Positions 34,090-43,445 are shown, counted from the first letter of the stretch. The stretch is DNA of 44,752 nt from Clostridia bacterium (GCA_017483125.1 JAFULU010000128.1:1-44752); one strand, 5' to 3'. The notes: a model not told the origin generated them from the sequence alone. Made by a program: numbers and translations.

Positions 34090-35413
34090 TCCCATCCTGC
34101 ATACCTGCGAGTGGCTGGAGGAGAGCTACACCGAGGTTCGCCTTCCCTGCGGTCTCCGTGTTCTGATCTGCCCCAAGGACAGACACACCTACCACGCCGC
34201 GGTGAGCGTGGGCTACGGCTCCATGGATCGCTTCGCGGGGGGACGGACCCTCCCCATGGGCACCGCCCACTTTCTGGAGCACAAGATGTTTGAGCGTGAC
34301 CCCGCCCTCTACGGGGGAAGCGACAGCTTTGACGACGATTTCGCCGCCATGGGTGCCGAGTCCAACGCCTACACCTCCCACGACCGCACCGTCTACTACT
34401 TTTCCTGCACCGACTCCTTCGCCGAGGGGCTGAAGACCCTCCTTTCCATGGTCTCCTCCCTGTACGTCACCCCCGAATCGGTGGCCCGTGAGAGGGGCAT
34501 CATCGCCGAGGAGATCCGCATGAACGCCGACGACCCGTGGGAGCGGTGCTCCGCCGCGGCCAGGACGGCACTCTTTGGCCGTCACCCCGTCCGCGAGGAG
34601 ATCTGTGGCAGTCTCTCCTCCATCCGCCGCATCACCCCCGCCGTTCTGCGGGAGGCCTTCGACGCCTTCTACCGCCCCGACAACATGATTCTGACGGTCT
34701 GCGGTCGGGTGGATACCGAGGAGGTCCTGTCGGTCGTGGAGGCCGCTGTGGCGGGCTTTACCGTAAAGGAACCCCTCCCCGTGGGTATTTCCGCCCCCCG
34801 TGTGCGGGTGTCTCCCGCCGCCTTTACCCCCCGCACCGAGTCTTTCCGTCAGGTGGCCAAGCCCCTGTTCTCCATCGGCATCAAGTACCCCGACCCGCCC
34901 GCAGGCACCGAGGCTCTGTGGAAGCGGGACATGACGGTCTCGGTGCTCTGCGAGACTCTGTTCTCCCATGCGGGGGACTTTTACAGCGACCTCTTTGAGC
35001 GGGGTCTGGTCAGCCCCGGGATGTCCTATGGCTTTCTGGTGGGGGACTCCCCCCGCCTGCCCGCCTCCTTCGCCTACGGCTACTTCGATCTGTCGGGGGA
35101 ATGCGACGATCCCGATGAGGTCATGGCCGCCTTTCTGGCCTTCGTGGAGAAAATCCGTGAAAGCGGACTGCCCCGCGAGGACTTTGAGCGGGCCAAGCGG
35201 GTGGTCTACGCCGATTTCGTGGCCACCTTCGACACCACCGAGGATATCGCCTCACTTCTGGGCAGCTACGCCGCCGACGGCCTCTGCGCCTACGATTTCT
35301 TTGACGTGATGGATAACATCACCTACCGCGACGCCACGGAGCTTTTCCACAAGGCCTTCCGTGACAGTCAGTATACCCTGTCGGTCATCCTCCCCACCGA
35401 GGCGGCCGATTGA
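34082..35413 (+). CDS. M16 zinc peptidase (YmfH-like)
   Basis: GTAHFLEHKMFE, NAYTS.DRT.YYF, ERGIIAEEI.M, FYRPDNM; ATG 34082 overlaps the upstream gene. Confidence 0.9.
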   Translation: MTDPILHTCEWLEESYTEVRLPCGLRVLICPKDRHTYHAAVSVGYGSMDRFAGGRTLPMGTAHFLEHKMFERDPALYGGSDSFDDDFAAMGAESNAYTSHDRTVYYFSCTDSFAEGLKTLLSMVSSLYVTPESVARERGIIAEEIRMNADDPWERCSAAARTALFGRHPVREEICGSLSSIRRITPAVLREAFDAFYRPDNMILTVCGRVDTEEVLSVVEAAVAGFTVKEPLPVGISAPRVRVSPAAFTPRTESFRQVAKPLFSIGIKYPDPPAGTEALWKRDMTVSVLCETLFSHAGDFYSDLFERGLVSPGMSYGFLVGDSPRLPASFAYGYFDLSGECDDPDEVMAAFLAFVEKIRESGLPREDFERAKRVVYADFVATFDTTEDIASLLGSYAADGLCAYDFFDVMDNITYRDATELFHKAFRDSQYTLSVILPTEAAD

Positions 35414-35440
35414 TCCCAAAAGGATCAGAAAGGAGTGCCT

Positions 35441-36454
35441 ATGAGCACCACAGTATCCTTCCCCGGCCTGGGCATCGGCGAGTTTTCGGTCGACCGCGTG
35501 GCCTTTGAGCTCTTCGGTAAGCCCATCTACTGGTACGGCGTCATCATCATGCTGGGCATTGTCGCCGCCTTTATCCACGCCATCATCCGCTCCAAGAGAG
35601 AGGGCTTTACCACCGACGACGTGCTGGATATGGGCATCTTTACCGTCCTGTTCGGTGTCTTGGGTGCCCGCCTCTACTACGTGGTGACCACCCTGGATAC
35701 CCATGAATACAAGAATTTCATTGACGTCATCGCTGTCTGGGAGGGCGGTCTTGCCATCTACGGCGGCATCATCGCGGGCTGTACCGCTCTGGTGCTGACG
35801 GCGGTGTACAAGAAGATCAACCCCCTGAAGGTCATGGACGCCGTGGGCCCCGGTGTCATGCTGGCCCAGGCCATCGGCCGTTGGGGCAATTTCATGAACG
35901 GTGAGGCCTTCGGCTACGAGGTGACCGAGGGGAGCCTGCTGTACCCCTTCCGCATGGGGCTGATCTCGGACTACACCCACACGGGCAGTACCATGCACTA
36001 CTACCACCCCACCTTCCTCTACGAATCCCTGTGGAATATCGTGGGCTTCGTGTTCATCTGCCTCATCTACCGCAAGAAGAAATTCAACGGTCAGATGGCC
36101 CTCACCTACTTCGCGTGGTACGGATTTGGTCGGTTCTTCATCGAGGGTCTGCGCACCGACAGCCTGTACGTGGGTCCCTTCCGCATCTCCCAGGTGGTGG
36201 GTCTTGTCTGCTTCGTGGCGGGTATTACGCTCATGGTGGTCGGATCTGTTCTGACCCGAAACGGTAAGCTGGATAAGTGGCTGAACGTCCGCTGGGCGGA
36301 GGCCGTTCCCGCCGAGGGGGAGGCCGTGACCGAGACCGCCGAGGGCGGGGATACCGCTACCGACGAGGCTGCCGAGACTGCTGAGACCGCCGAGGAGACC
36401 GAACAGCCCTCCGAGGAGGAGGCTCCCGCTCCCGACAATACCGATACCGAATAA
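35441..36454 (+). CDS. lgt: Prolipoprotein diacylglyceryl transferase
   Basis: IYWYG, GARLYYV, WEGGLAIYGG, QAIGRWGNFMNGE, HPTFLYES, RFFIEGLRTD; acidic C-terminal tail. Confidence 0.96.
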   Translation: MSTTVSFPGLGIGEFSVDRVAFELFGKPIYWYGVIIMLGIVAAFIHAIIRSKREGFTTDDVLDMGIFTVLFGVLGARLYYVVTTLDTHEYKNFIDVIAVWEGGLAIYGGIIAGCTALVLTAVYKKINPLKVMDAVGPGVMLAQAIGRWGNFMNGEAFGYEVTEGSLLYPFRMGLISDYTHTGSTMHYYHPTFLYESLWNIVGFVFICLIYRKKKFNGQMALTYFAWYGFGRFFIEGLRTDSLYVGPFRISQVVGLVCFVAGITLMVVGSVLTRNGKLDKWLNVRWAEAVPAEGEAVTETAEGGDTATDEAAETAETAEETEQPSEEEAPAPDNTDTE

Positions 36455-36468
36455 AGGAGAACCAGACC

Positions 36469-37323
36469 ATGGCCAACATCATAGACGGAAAAGCCATCTC
36501 CGCCGCCGTCCGCGGGGAGATCAAGGAAAACACCCAAAAATTCATTGCCGAAACCGGCATCACCCCCGGTCTGGCGGTCATCATCGTAGGCACCGACCCC
36601 GCCTCCCAGGTCTACGTCCGCAACAAGCGCCGCGCCTGTGAGGAGGTGGGCTTCTACTCCGAGGCCTACGAGCTGCCTGAGGCCACCACCCAGGCCGAGC
36701 TGGAGGCCCTGGTGGACAAGCTCAACGCCGATCCCGCCATCCACGGCATCCTCTGCCAGCTCCCCCTTCCCAAGCATCTGGATGAGGAGTCCATCCTCCT
36801 CCGCATCGACCCCAAAAAGGACGTGGACGCCTTCCATCCTTACAATGTCGGCAGGATCATGATCGGCAACCAGAAGTTCCTGCCCTGCACCCCCGCAGGC
36901 GTCATGGAGCTGATCCGCCGCTCGGGCATCGACTGCAGCGGCAAGGAGTGCGTGGTGGTGGGCCGCTCCAACATCGTGGGCAAGCCCATGGCCATGCTCC
37001 TGCTCCAGGCCAACGGCACCGTCACGGTCTGCCACAGCCGCACCAAGGATCTCTCCGAGGTGACCCGCCGCGCCGACATTCTGGTGGTGGCCATCGGTAA
37101 GGCCGATTTCGTCACGGGCGACATGGTGAAGGACGGTGCCGTGGTCATCGACGTGGGCATGAACCGCCGCGCTGACGGCAAGCTGACGGGAGACGTGGAC
37201 TTTGCCACGGTTGCGCCCAAGGCCGCCTACATCACCCCCGTGCCCGGCGGCGTGGGCCCCATGACCATCACCATGCTCATGCAGAACACCCTGACGGCGG
37301 CTACCGAGGCTGTCCGCGCCTGA
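36469..37323 (+). CDS. folD: Methylenetetrahydrofolate dehydrogenase/cyclohydrolase
   Basis: IIDGK, YVRNK, QLPLP, KDVD.FHP, PCTPAG, GRSNIVGKP, IDVG, TPVPGGVGPMT. Confidence 0.97.
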   Translation: MANIIDGKAISAAVRGEIKENTQKFIAETGITPGLAVIIVGTDPASQVYVRNKRRACEEVGFYSEAYELPEATTQAELEALVDKLNADPAIHGILCQLPLPKHLDEESILLRIDPKKDVDAFHPYNVGRIMIGNQKFLPCTPAGVMELIRRSGIDCSGKECVVVGRSNIVGKPMAMLLLQANGTVTVCHSRTKDLSEVTRRADILVVAIGKADFVTGDMVKDGAVVIDVGMNRRADGKLTGDVDFATVAPKAAYITPVPGGVGPMTITMLMQNTLTAATEAVRA

Positions 37324-37335
37324 CGGAGGCACGCC

Positions 37336-37608
37336 ATGGCCAAAACCACCGTATGGCGCATCCCCGCCGAGGAGCCTGTGCATACCGTTACCTATTCCCT
37401 CAATAAATTCACGGGAAAAATGACCGTGACCCTGGACGGGGACGAGTTTATCCTGTCCGCGGGCTTTCTGTCCCTCAAGGCCGCCCGCCGTGAGCCCTTC
37501 CGCATTGTGGATGAGGAGGGGGAGGCCGAGCAGGCCATTCTTGTGGTGGATAGGAAGGGACGGGCGAGTTTGATCTTCCGCGCGAAAGAGGTTGCGGCGG
37601 AGCAGTAA
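37336..37608 (+). CDS. Hypothetical protein
   Basis: GGAGG RBS, 90 aa, host-like codon usage, in operon after folD. Confidence 0.7.
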   Translation: MAKTTVWRIPAEEPVHTVTYSLNKFTGKMTVTLDGDEFILSAGFLSLKAARREPFRIVDEEGEAEQAILVVDRKGRASLIFRAKEVAAEQ

Positions 37609-37762
37609 ATTGGGGTTTAACGGTGCGAAAACTATGGTTTGTAGGGGAGGGGTCTCCCCTCCCGCTTTTCAAAAAGTCAATGCTATCTTCAATTTTCGCA
37701 GATTTCGGGAGGGGAAACCCCTCCCCTACGGTGAAAAGAGTATCCCGATAAACTCAAATTTA
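37607..37762. mobile_element. MITE/REPIN-like palindromic element (copy C) with GTAG-type REP doublet
   Basis: Termini AAATTGGGGTTTAACGG / CCGATAAACTCAAATTT; inner GTAGGGGAGGGGTCTCCCCTCCC (37641-37663) and GGGAGGGGAAACCCCTCCCCTAC (37707-37729). Confidence 0.75.
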
Positions 37763-37790
37763 AACACCAATCACAGAAAGGAGACTGGCC

Positions 37791-38096
37791 ATGCTCTATT
37801 CGTACGAATTGGACTTGCGAATTCTTTTTAAAAAATTCTATTGTCCGAAATGCGGAGAAAGATTAAACGCTCGGATGGACAAAACCAAGATGACAGACGA
37901 GCAGAAGGAACGCTACTACAAGGAACTGTATCCCCATGGAATACCCATGAATATCGACGTTGGCGAAGCCAAGCAAGTGATGGCTTGTCCCGGATGCGAT
38001 TATCTGAACACGACGGATGGGCAACTGGCCATTCGTAAGATCCAAAAAAAGTTAAAAAAGATCATCCTGACACAGGAAGAACTGAATTCCAAATAA
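37791..38096 (+). CDS. Low-GC zinc-ribbon hypothetical protein
   Basis: CPKC...CPGC pairs, GAAAGGAG RBS, AT-rich codons unlike neighbours. Confidence 0.75.
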   Translation: MLYSYELDLRILFKKFYCPKCGERLNARMDKTKMTDEQKERYYKELYPHGIPMNIDVGEAKQVMACPGCDYLNTTDGQLAIRKIQKKLKKIILTQEELNSK

Positions 38097-38118
38097 TCCC
38101 CAAGAAAGGAGACCGCCC

Positions 38119-41100
38119 ATGGGCACCTTCGTCCATCTTCACCTCCACACCGAATACAGCCTCCTCGACGGTGCCTGCCGCATCGCCTATCTGCCCGCGC
38201 GGGTGAAGGAGTGCGGTCACGATGCCGTGGCCATTACGGATCACGGCGTGCTGTACGGCGCGGTCTCCTTTTACGAGGCCTGCAAGAAGGCAGGTGTAAA
38301 ACCGATCATCGGATGTGAGGTCTACGTCGCGCCCAATTCCCGCTTCGACAAGACGGGCATGCAGGGGCGTGAGGGGGCTTACAACCACTTGGTCCTCCTC
38401 TGCGAGAGCATGGAGGGATACCAAAACCTCATGACCCTGGTCTCGGCGGGCTTTACCGAGGGCTTTTACGGCCGTCCCCGCGTGGATATGGAGCTGTTAC
38501 GCCGTCACCACAAGGGTCTGATCGCCCTGTCGGCTTGCCTGTCGGGTGACATCCCCAAGCGGCTCTTGGCGGGGGACTACGAGGGTGCCAAGAACGCCGC
38601 CCTCACCATGTCCGCCATCTTCGGGGCAGGGAACTACTACATCGAGATCCAGAACCACAACCTCCCCGAGGAGCGGCAGATCCTCCCCGCCCTTTTGCGG
38701 CTGGCGCGGGAGTGCGACCTGCCCGTGGTGGCCACCAACGATTGCCACTACCTCCGCCGTGAGGACGCCTACATGCAGGAAGTGCTGACCTGCATCCAGA
38801 CGGGGCGCACCGTGGGCGAGGACGGCAAGGTGGGCTTTGCCACCGACGAGTTCTACTACAAGGACACGGGGGAAATGGAAATGCTCTTTTCCCGCTACCC
38901 TGGGGCCATGGAGAATACCGTCCGCATCGCCGAGAGGTGTGATCTGGAGTTTGATTTCACCAAGACCTACCTGCCCAAGTTCCCCTGCCCCGACGGGCTG
39001 ACCGCGGGGGAGTACCTGGCCCGCCTCACCGAGGAGGGTCTTGCCCGCCGCGTACAGGCGGGTCAGATCGTCTTTGATGATGGCAAGCACTCCGAGACCG
39101 CCTACCGCGACCGCATCGCCTACGAGCTGGGCGTGATCGGCAGCATGGGCTACGACGACTACTTCCTCATCGTGCAGGACTATGTCAACTTCGCCAAGTC
39201 CAGGGACATTCCCGTAGGCCCCGGCCGTGGCTCGGGCGCGGGTTCTCTCGTTGCCTACTGCATCGGCATCACCGAGGTGGATTCCATCGCCTTTGACCTG
39301 CTCTTTGAGCGATTCCTCAACCCCGAGCGTGTGTCCATGCCCGATATCGACGTGGATTTCTGCTACAACCGCCGCGACGAGGTGATCGCCTACGTAGCCG
39401 ACAAGTATGGCCGAGATCACGTCTCCCAGATCATCACCTTCGGTACCCTGGCCGCCCGCGCCGCCATTCGGGATTCGGGCCGCGCCATGGGCATGAGCTA
39501 CGCCGACGTGGACGTGGTGGCCCGCGCTGTGCCCCAGGAGCTGGGCATCACCATTAAAGAGGCTCTGCGCCTGCCCGACCTGAAGGCCTTATATGAAGGC
39601 TCCGAGGAGGTCAAAAAGCTGGTGGATACCGCCATGTCCTTGGAGGGTATGCCCCGCAACGCCTCGGTCCACGCCGCGGGCATCGTCATCACCGACCGCC
39701 CCGTGTGCGATTTCGTTCCTTTGGCCGTCAACAACGGCACCACCGTCACCCAGTACGATATGGACACCGTGGCCAAGCTGGGTGTGTTGAAATTCGACTT
39801 TTTGGGTCTGCGTTACCTCACCATCATGCACGACGCCGAGGAGCAGGTGAAGGAGTCGGATCCCGACTTCGCCCTTGACCGTGTGCCTCTGGACGATGCC
39901 GAGACCTACGAGCTCATCAGCCGCGGCCAGACCCTGGGCGTGTTCCAGCTGGAATCGGGGGGGATGAGGCAAATGCTGACAGGGCTGAAGCCCCGCGCAA
40001 TCGGGGATATCGAGGCCGCCATCGCCCTCTACCGCCCCGGCCCCATGGAGGCCATCCCCCGCTACATCGCCAACCGCGAAAATCCCTCCCTTGTCAAGTA
40101 CCCCTCCCCTCTGCTTGAACCCGTCCTGTCCTCCACCTACGGCGTGACGGTGTACCAGGAGCAGGTCATGAGCATCTTCCGCGTCATGGCGGGGTATACC
40201 TACGGTCACGCGGACATCGTCCGCCGCGCCATGTCCAAGAAAAAGGCTTCTGTTCTGGAGGCCGAGCGGGCGGATTTTGTGGCGGGGGCGGAAAAGAACG
40301 GCATGACCCACGCCGAGGCCGAAAAGCTCTTCGACGATATGGGGAGCTTTGCCAACTACGCCTTCAACAAGTCCCACGCCGCCGCCTACGCCCTCATTTC
40401 CTACCGCACCGCCTACCTCAAAGCCCACCACCCCGGGGCCTATTTTGCCGCGCTCCTCACCTCGGTGCTGGGCAACCAGCCCAAGATGGCGGAGTACACC
40501 GCCGAGTGCGCCAAGTACGACATTCAGGTGCTCCCCCCCGACATCAACGAGAGCCAGATGGACTTCCACGCCACCAAGACGGGGCGGGGCGGTCACATCC
40601 GTTACGGTCTGCTGGCCCTGAAGAACGTGGGCGAGGCCTTCCTCCGCGCCATCCTGAACGAACGCAAGCGCAAGCCCTTCACATCTTTCGAGGACTTCCT
40701 CGACCGCCTGTCGGGTCACGATCTCAACAAGCGGCAGGTGGAGGCCCTCATCAAGGCAGGGGCCTTCGACAGCCTCCCCCACCACCGCGCCCAGCTCCTG
40801 GCGGTCTTTGAGACCATGATCGACACCCTGTCCGCCAAGAACCGCGCCAACCTGGAGGGGCAGATGGATATGTTCTCCATGGCCGAGGATATCATGGACA
40901 CTACCCCCTCCTTCAGCTATCCCGAGGTGCGGCCCTACACCCTCCGCGAGATGCTCATGCTGGAGAAGGAGGCCTCGGGTATGTTCTTCTCGGGGCAGCT
41001 GCTGGACGATTTCTCCAAGTGCGTGGAGGCTTTGGCCCCCATGCAGATCGTGGAGATCGCGCCCTCCGACGAGGACGGCGAGACCGACACCCCCGCCCTC

Positions 41101-41910
41101 CCCGACCGCGCCAAGGTGAGGATTGCGGGTATCATCAATGGCGTGACCCTCAAGACCACTAAGAAGGAGGAGCGCATGGCCTTCTTCACGGTGGAGGATT
41201 CGGGGGGCGTCATCGAGTGTCTGGCCTTCCCCAAGACCTTTACCCAGTACGGGGAGATCATCAAGGTTGACAAAGCCGTGTTTGTGGAAGGGAATCTGTC
41301 GGTCCGCGAGGAGGAGTCTCCGAAAATTTTGGCTTCGGTGATGGGTCTGCTGGTGGATAACGACCACTTCAGCGGCGCGCCCAAGCCCGCCGAGAAGCCC
41401 GCGCCCAAGCCCGCGCCCGCTCCCACGGTCAAGCCCCAACAGGCTACCCCTACGCCCAAGCCCGCCGCCGAGAGTAAGCCCGCGTATAACCCTTATGAGT
41501 CCATGCCCTCGGCACGGACTCCCAAGCCCGCATACAATCCCTACGAATCCATGCCCTCGTCGCAGACTCCGAAGCCTGCATACAATCCCTACGAATCCAT
41601 GCCATCGGCACAGGCTCCCAAGCCCGCGTACAACCCTTATGAGTCTATGCCCGCGCCCAAGCCCGCTCCCAAGCCTACCCCCGCCGCCCCCCCGCAAAAG
41701 CTCTACCTCCGCGTCCCCGACCGAGAGGGTGAGCCGTACCGGAAAGCCCTCAACCTCGCCGAGATCTTCTGCGACGGGACCACCGCCGTGATATTCTACG
41801 ATATGAGCGACGGGAAGTACTACGCGTCCAACCTCCGCATGAAGGCCACCCCCTTCGTGCTGACGAGACTGGAGGGGATCTTGGGGAAGGAAAACGTGGT
41901 GGCGAAATAA
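38119..41910 (+). CDS. dnaE: DNA polymerase III alpha subunit
   Basis: FVHLHLHTEYSLLDG (PHP), GPGRGSGAGS, FERFLNPERVSMPDIDVDF, KFDFLGL, YQEQVM, YAFNKSHAAAY, QMDMF clamp-binding motif, OB fold. Confidence 0.98.
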   Translation: MGTFVHLHLHTEYSLLDGACRIAYLPARVKECGHDAVAITDHGVLYGAVSFYEACKKAGVKPIIGCEVYVAPNSRFDKTGMQGREGAYNHLVLLCESMEGYQNLMTLVSAGFTEGFYGRPRVDMELLRRHHKGLIALSACLSGDIPKRLLAGDYEGAKNAALTMSAIFGAGNYYIEIQNHNLPEERQILPALLRLARECDLPVVATNDCHYLRREDAYMQEVLTCIQTGRTVGEDGKVGFATDEFYYKDTGEMEMLFSRYPGAMENTVRIAERCDLEFDFTKTYLPKFPCPDGLTAGEYLARLTEEGLARRVQAGQIVFDDGKHSETAYRDRIAYELGVIGSMGYDDYFLIVQDYVNFAKSRDIPVGPGRGSGAGSLVAYCIGITEVDSIAFDLLFERFLNPERVSMPDIDVDFCYNRRDEVIAYVADKYGRDHVSQIITFGTLAARAAIRDSGRAMGMSYADVDVVARAVPQELGITIKEALRLPDLKALYEGSEEVKKLVDTAMSLEGMPRNASVHAAGIVITDRPVCDFVPLAVNNGTTVTQYDMDTVAKLGVLKFDFLGLRYLTIMHDAEEQVKESDPDFALDRVPLDDAETYELISRGQTLGVFQLESGGMRQMLTGLKPRAIGDIEAAIALYRPGPMEAIPRYIANRENPSLVKYPSPLLEPVLSSTYGVTVYQEQVMSIFRVMAGYTYGHADIVRRAMSKKKASVLEAERADFVAGAEKNGMTHAEAEKLFDDMGSFANYAFNKSHAAAYALISYRTAYLKAHHPGAYFAALLTSVLGNQPKMAEYTAECAKYDIQVLPPDINESQMDFHATKTGRGGHIRYGLLALKNVGEAFLRAILNERKRKPFTSFEDFLDRLSGHDLNKRQVEALIKAGAFDSLPHHRAQLLAVFETMIDTLSAKNRANLEGQMDMFSMAEDIMDTTPSFSYPEVRPYTLREMLMLEKEASGMFFSGQLLDDFSKCVEALAPMQIVEIAPSDEDGETDTPALPDRAKVRIAGIINGVTLKTTKKEERMAFFTVEDSGGVIECLAFPKTFTQYGEIIKVDKAVFVEGNLSVREEESPKILASVMGLLVDNDHFSGAPKPAEKPAPKPAPAPTVKPQQATPTPKPAAESKPAYNPYESMPSARTPKPAYNPYESMPSSQTPKPAYNPYESMPSAQAPKPAYNPYESMPAPKPAPKPTPAAPPQKLYLRVPDREGEPYRKALNLAEIFCDGTTAVIFYDMSDGKYYASNLRMKATPFVLTRLEGILGKENVVAK
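41476..41667 (+). repeat. Four 48-bp coding tandem repeats in dnaE (KPAYNPYESMPS...)
   Basis: Units start at 41476, 41524, 41572, 41620; KPAYNPYESMP invariant at protein level with synonymous nucleotide differences. Confidence 0.95.
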
Positions 41911-41917
41911 AAGAATG

Positions 41918-41946
41918 ACCGTCCTCCCCGTGGGGACGGTTTTCTT
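41918..41946 (+). terminator. Rho-independent terminator after dnaE
   Basis: ACCGTCC...GGACGGT stem plus TTTCTT. Confidence 0.75.
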
Positions 41947-41994
41947 ACCCCTCAACGTTAACCAACTCTTAACCCCGCAACAACCAATTAATAA

Positions 41995-42023
41995 TTGATT
42001 TCCGCACATTTTTGTGGTATGAT
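41995..42023 (+). promoter_or_regulatory. SigA-like promoter for XRE regulator
   Basis: TTGATT - 17 nt - TATGAT with extended TG. Confidence 0.6.
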
Positions 42024-42234
42024 AAAGGCGTAAGCTTACAACACACCATTCCACCATACACGAAACACAGAATAAGGAGATAGCGTGAAAGCTCATAGAT
42101 TGGAAAAATCTACGGTTGCTGTTTCACGCCCCAATTCGACCTAAGCATGGACGAGGTCCATGCTTGTCGCCAGCGACACAGTCGAATTCCAAACCGAATT
42201 TGTGCCGCCGCAAGGCGGCGGAAAGGAAATGAAT

Positions 42235-43359
42235 ATGAACCTGAAGATCGGAACCACCATCAAAAGCCTCCGTGCCAAGCACAAGGTCACGCAGGATCAG
42301 CTCGCCACCTTCCTGGGCTGTACCCCCCAGGCCATCTCCCGCTGGGAGTCCGAGACCAGCTACCCCGATATCGAGCTTCTGCCCTCCATCGCTGAATTCT
42401 TTTCGGTCAGCACCGACGAGCTGCTGGGGCTGAAGCTGAGCGAGCGGGAGCAGCGCCGTGCCGAGATCTACGATACCATCGCCCGCTGTTGCGAGATGGG
42501 CGCGGACGGCGAGGAAGACATCCGCACCGCCCGCAGCTTTGCCGCTGAGTTCCCCTCGGACGAAAAGATCCAAGCCCACCTGGCCGATACCCTCTGCCGC
42601 GCCTACATGTGGGACGGGAAGGCTCCCGACCACCAAAAGGAGCTGGAGGAGGCCGAAAGGATCTATCTGGCGCTCATCGAGCGCACCGACGACCAGGAGT
42701 TCCGCAACGGCACCCTGGAGACCCTGGCCACCCTGTACGTGGTGGGCTTTCAGGATAAGCTCCGCGCGGAGCGGGCTATCCGTCAGCTCCCGTCCATGCG
42801 GTACTGCCAAGAGGGGGTGCGCTCCAGTCTGTTCAGCTATTTTTTGGGTGACGATCCCCTCCCTGCCCAGGACTACATCCTGCGGCTGACCGAGACCCTG
42901 TGCAGTCAGCTGACCGAGTACGTGGCCTATGTCATGCCCAACGAGCCCGAGGGCTGGGACCGAAAGATCGAATACTTTGAAAAGATCCTTGACCTCTACC
43001 GCACGGTGTTCGGGGATGACCTGAACTACTTCCATGCCAGCGTAGCCTACGTCCACCGCGTCATCGCCACCTATCTGATCGCCCAGGGCAAGACCGACGA
43101 GACCCTGGATCGGCTGGAGCTGATGTACGATCACGTCATAGCCGCCGACAAAGCCAAGCCCGGGGATCCCTTCACCTCGCCCTTTACCGACCGCCTGGTC
43201 TATCCCGAGGCAAGCGACGAGTTCGACGATCTGCGGTGCGCCAATCACGCCTACTACTTCGCCGCCAAGATGAAGCAGGAGCGGTACGATCCCATCCGTG
43301 AGCATCCTCGATTTATCGCGCTCTGCGAGAGATTGCGGGAGGCGGCGCGGGAGTTTTGA
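42235..43359 (+). CDS. XRE-family HTH transcriptional regulator with helical (TPR-like) C-terminal domain
   Basis: IKSLR...TQDQLA.FLG.TPQAISRWE...YPDIELLPSIAEFFSVSTDELLG; AAAGGA RBS (start 42229 or 42235). Confidence 0.9.
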   Translation: MNLKIGTTIKSLRAKHKVTQDQLATFLGCTPQAISRWESETSYPDIELLPSIAEFFSVSTDELLGLKLSEREQRRAEIYDTIARCCEMGADGEEDIRTARSFAAEFPSDEKIQAHLADTLCRAYMWDGKAPDHQKELEEAERIYLALIERTDDQEFRNGTLETLATLYVVGFQDKLRAERAIRQLPSMRYCQEGVRSSLFSYFLGDDPLPAQDYILRLTETLCSQLTEYVAYVMPNEPEGWDRKIEYFEKILDLYRTVFGDDLNYFHASVAYVHRVIATYLIAQGKTDETLDRLELMYDHVIAADKAKPGDPFTSPFTDRLVYPEASDEFDDLRCANHAYYFAAKMKQERYDPIREHPRFIALCERLREAAREF

Positions 43360-43399
43360 GGCGGTTTCACTTGAACAACTGTATTGTCTGACCGCTGAA

Positions 43400-43445
43400 A
43401 GAAAAATACCGCAAAGGGGTTGACAAATCAGTCCCTTTGCGGTAT
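43400..43445 (-). terminator. Terminator of toxin mRNA overlapping antitoxin promoter
   Basis: ATACCGCAAAGGG (43406-43418) / CCCTTTGCGGTAT (43433-43445), followed by a T run on the minus strand. Confidence 0.7.

Noticed and set aside
37775-38113. AGAAAGGAGAC direct repeats flanking the low-GC gene as a target-site duplication
   Set aside because: The same word is the ordinary RBS elsewhere in the window (4144, and GAAAGGAGAC near 29302).
41476-41667. 48-bp periodic repeat as a possible CRISPR array
   Set aside because: In frame within dnaE, no unique spacers, synonymous variation, no cas genes.
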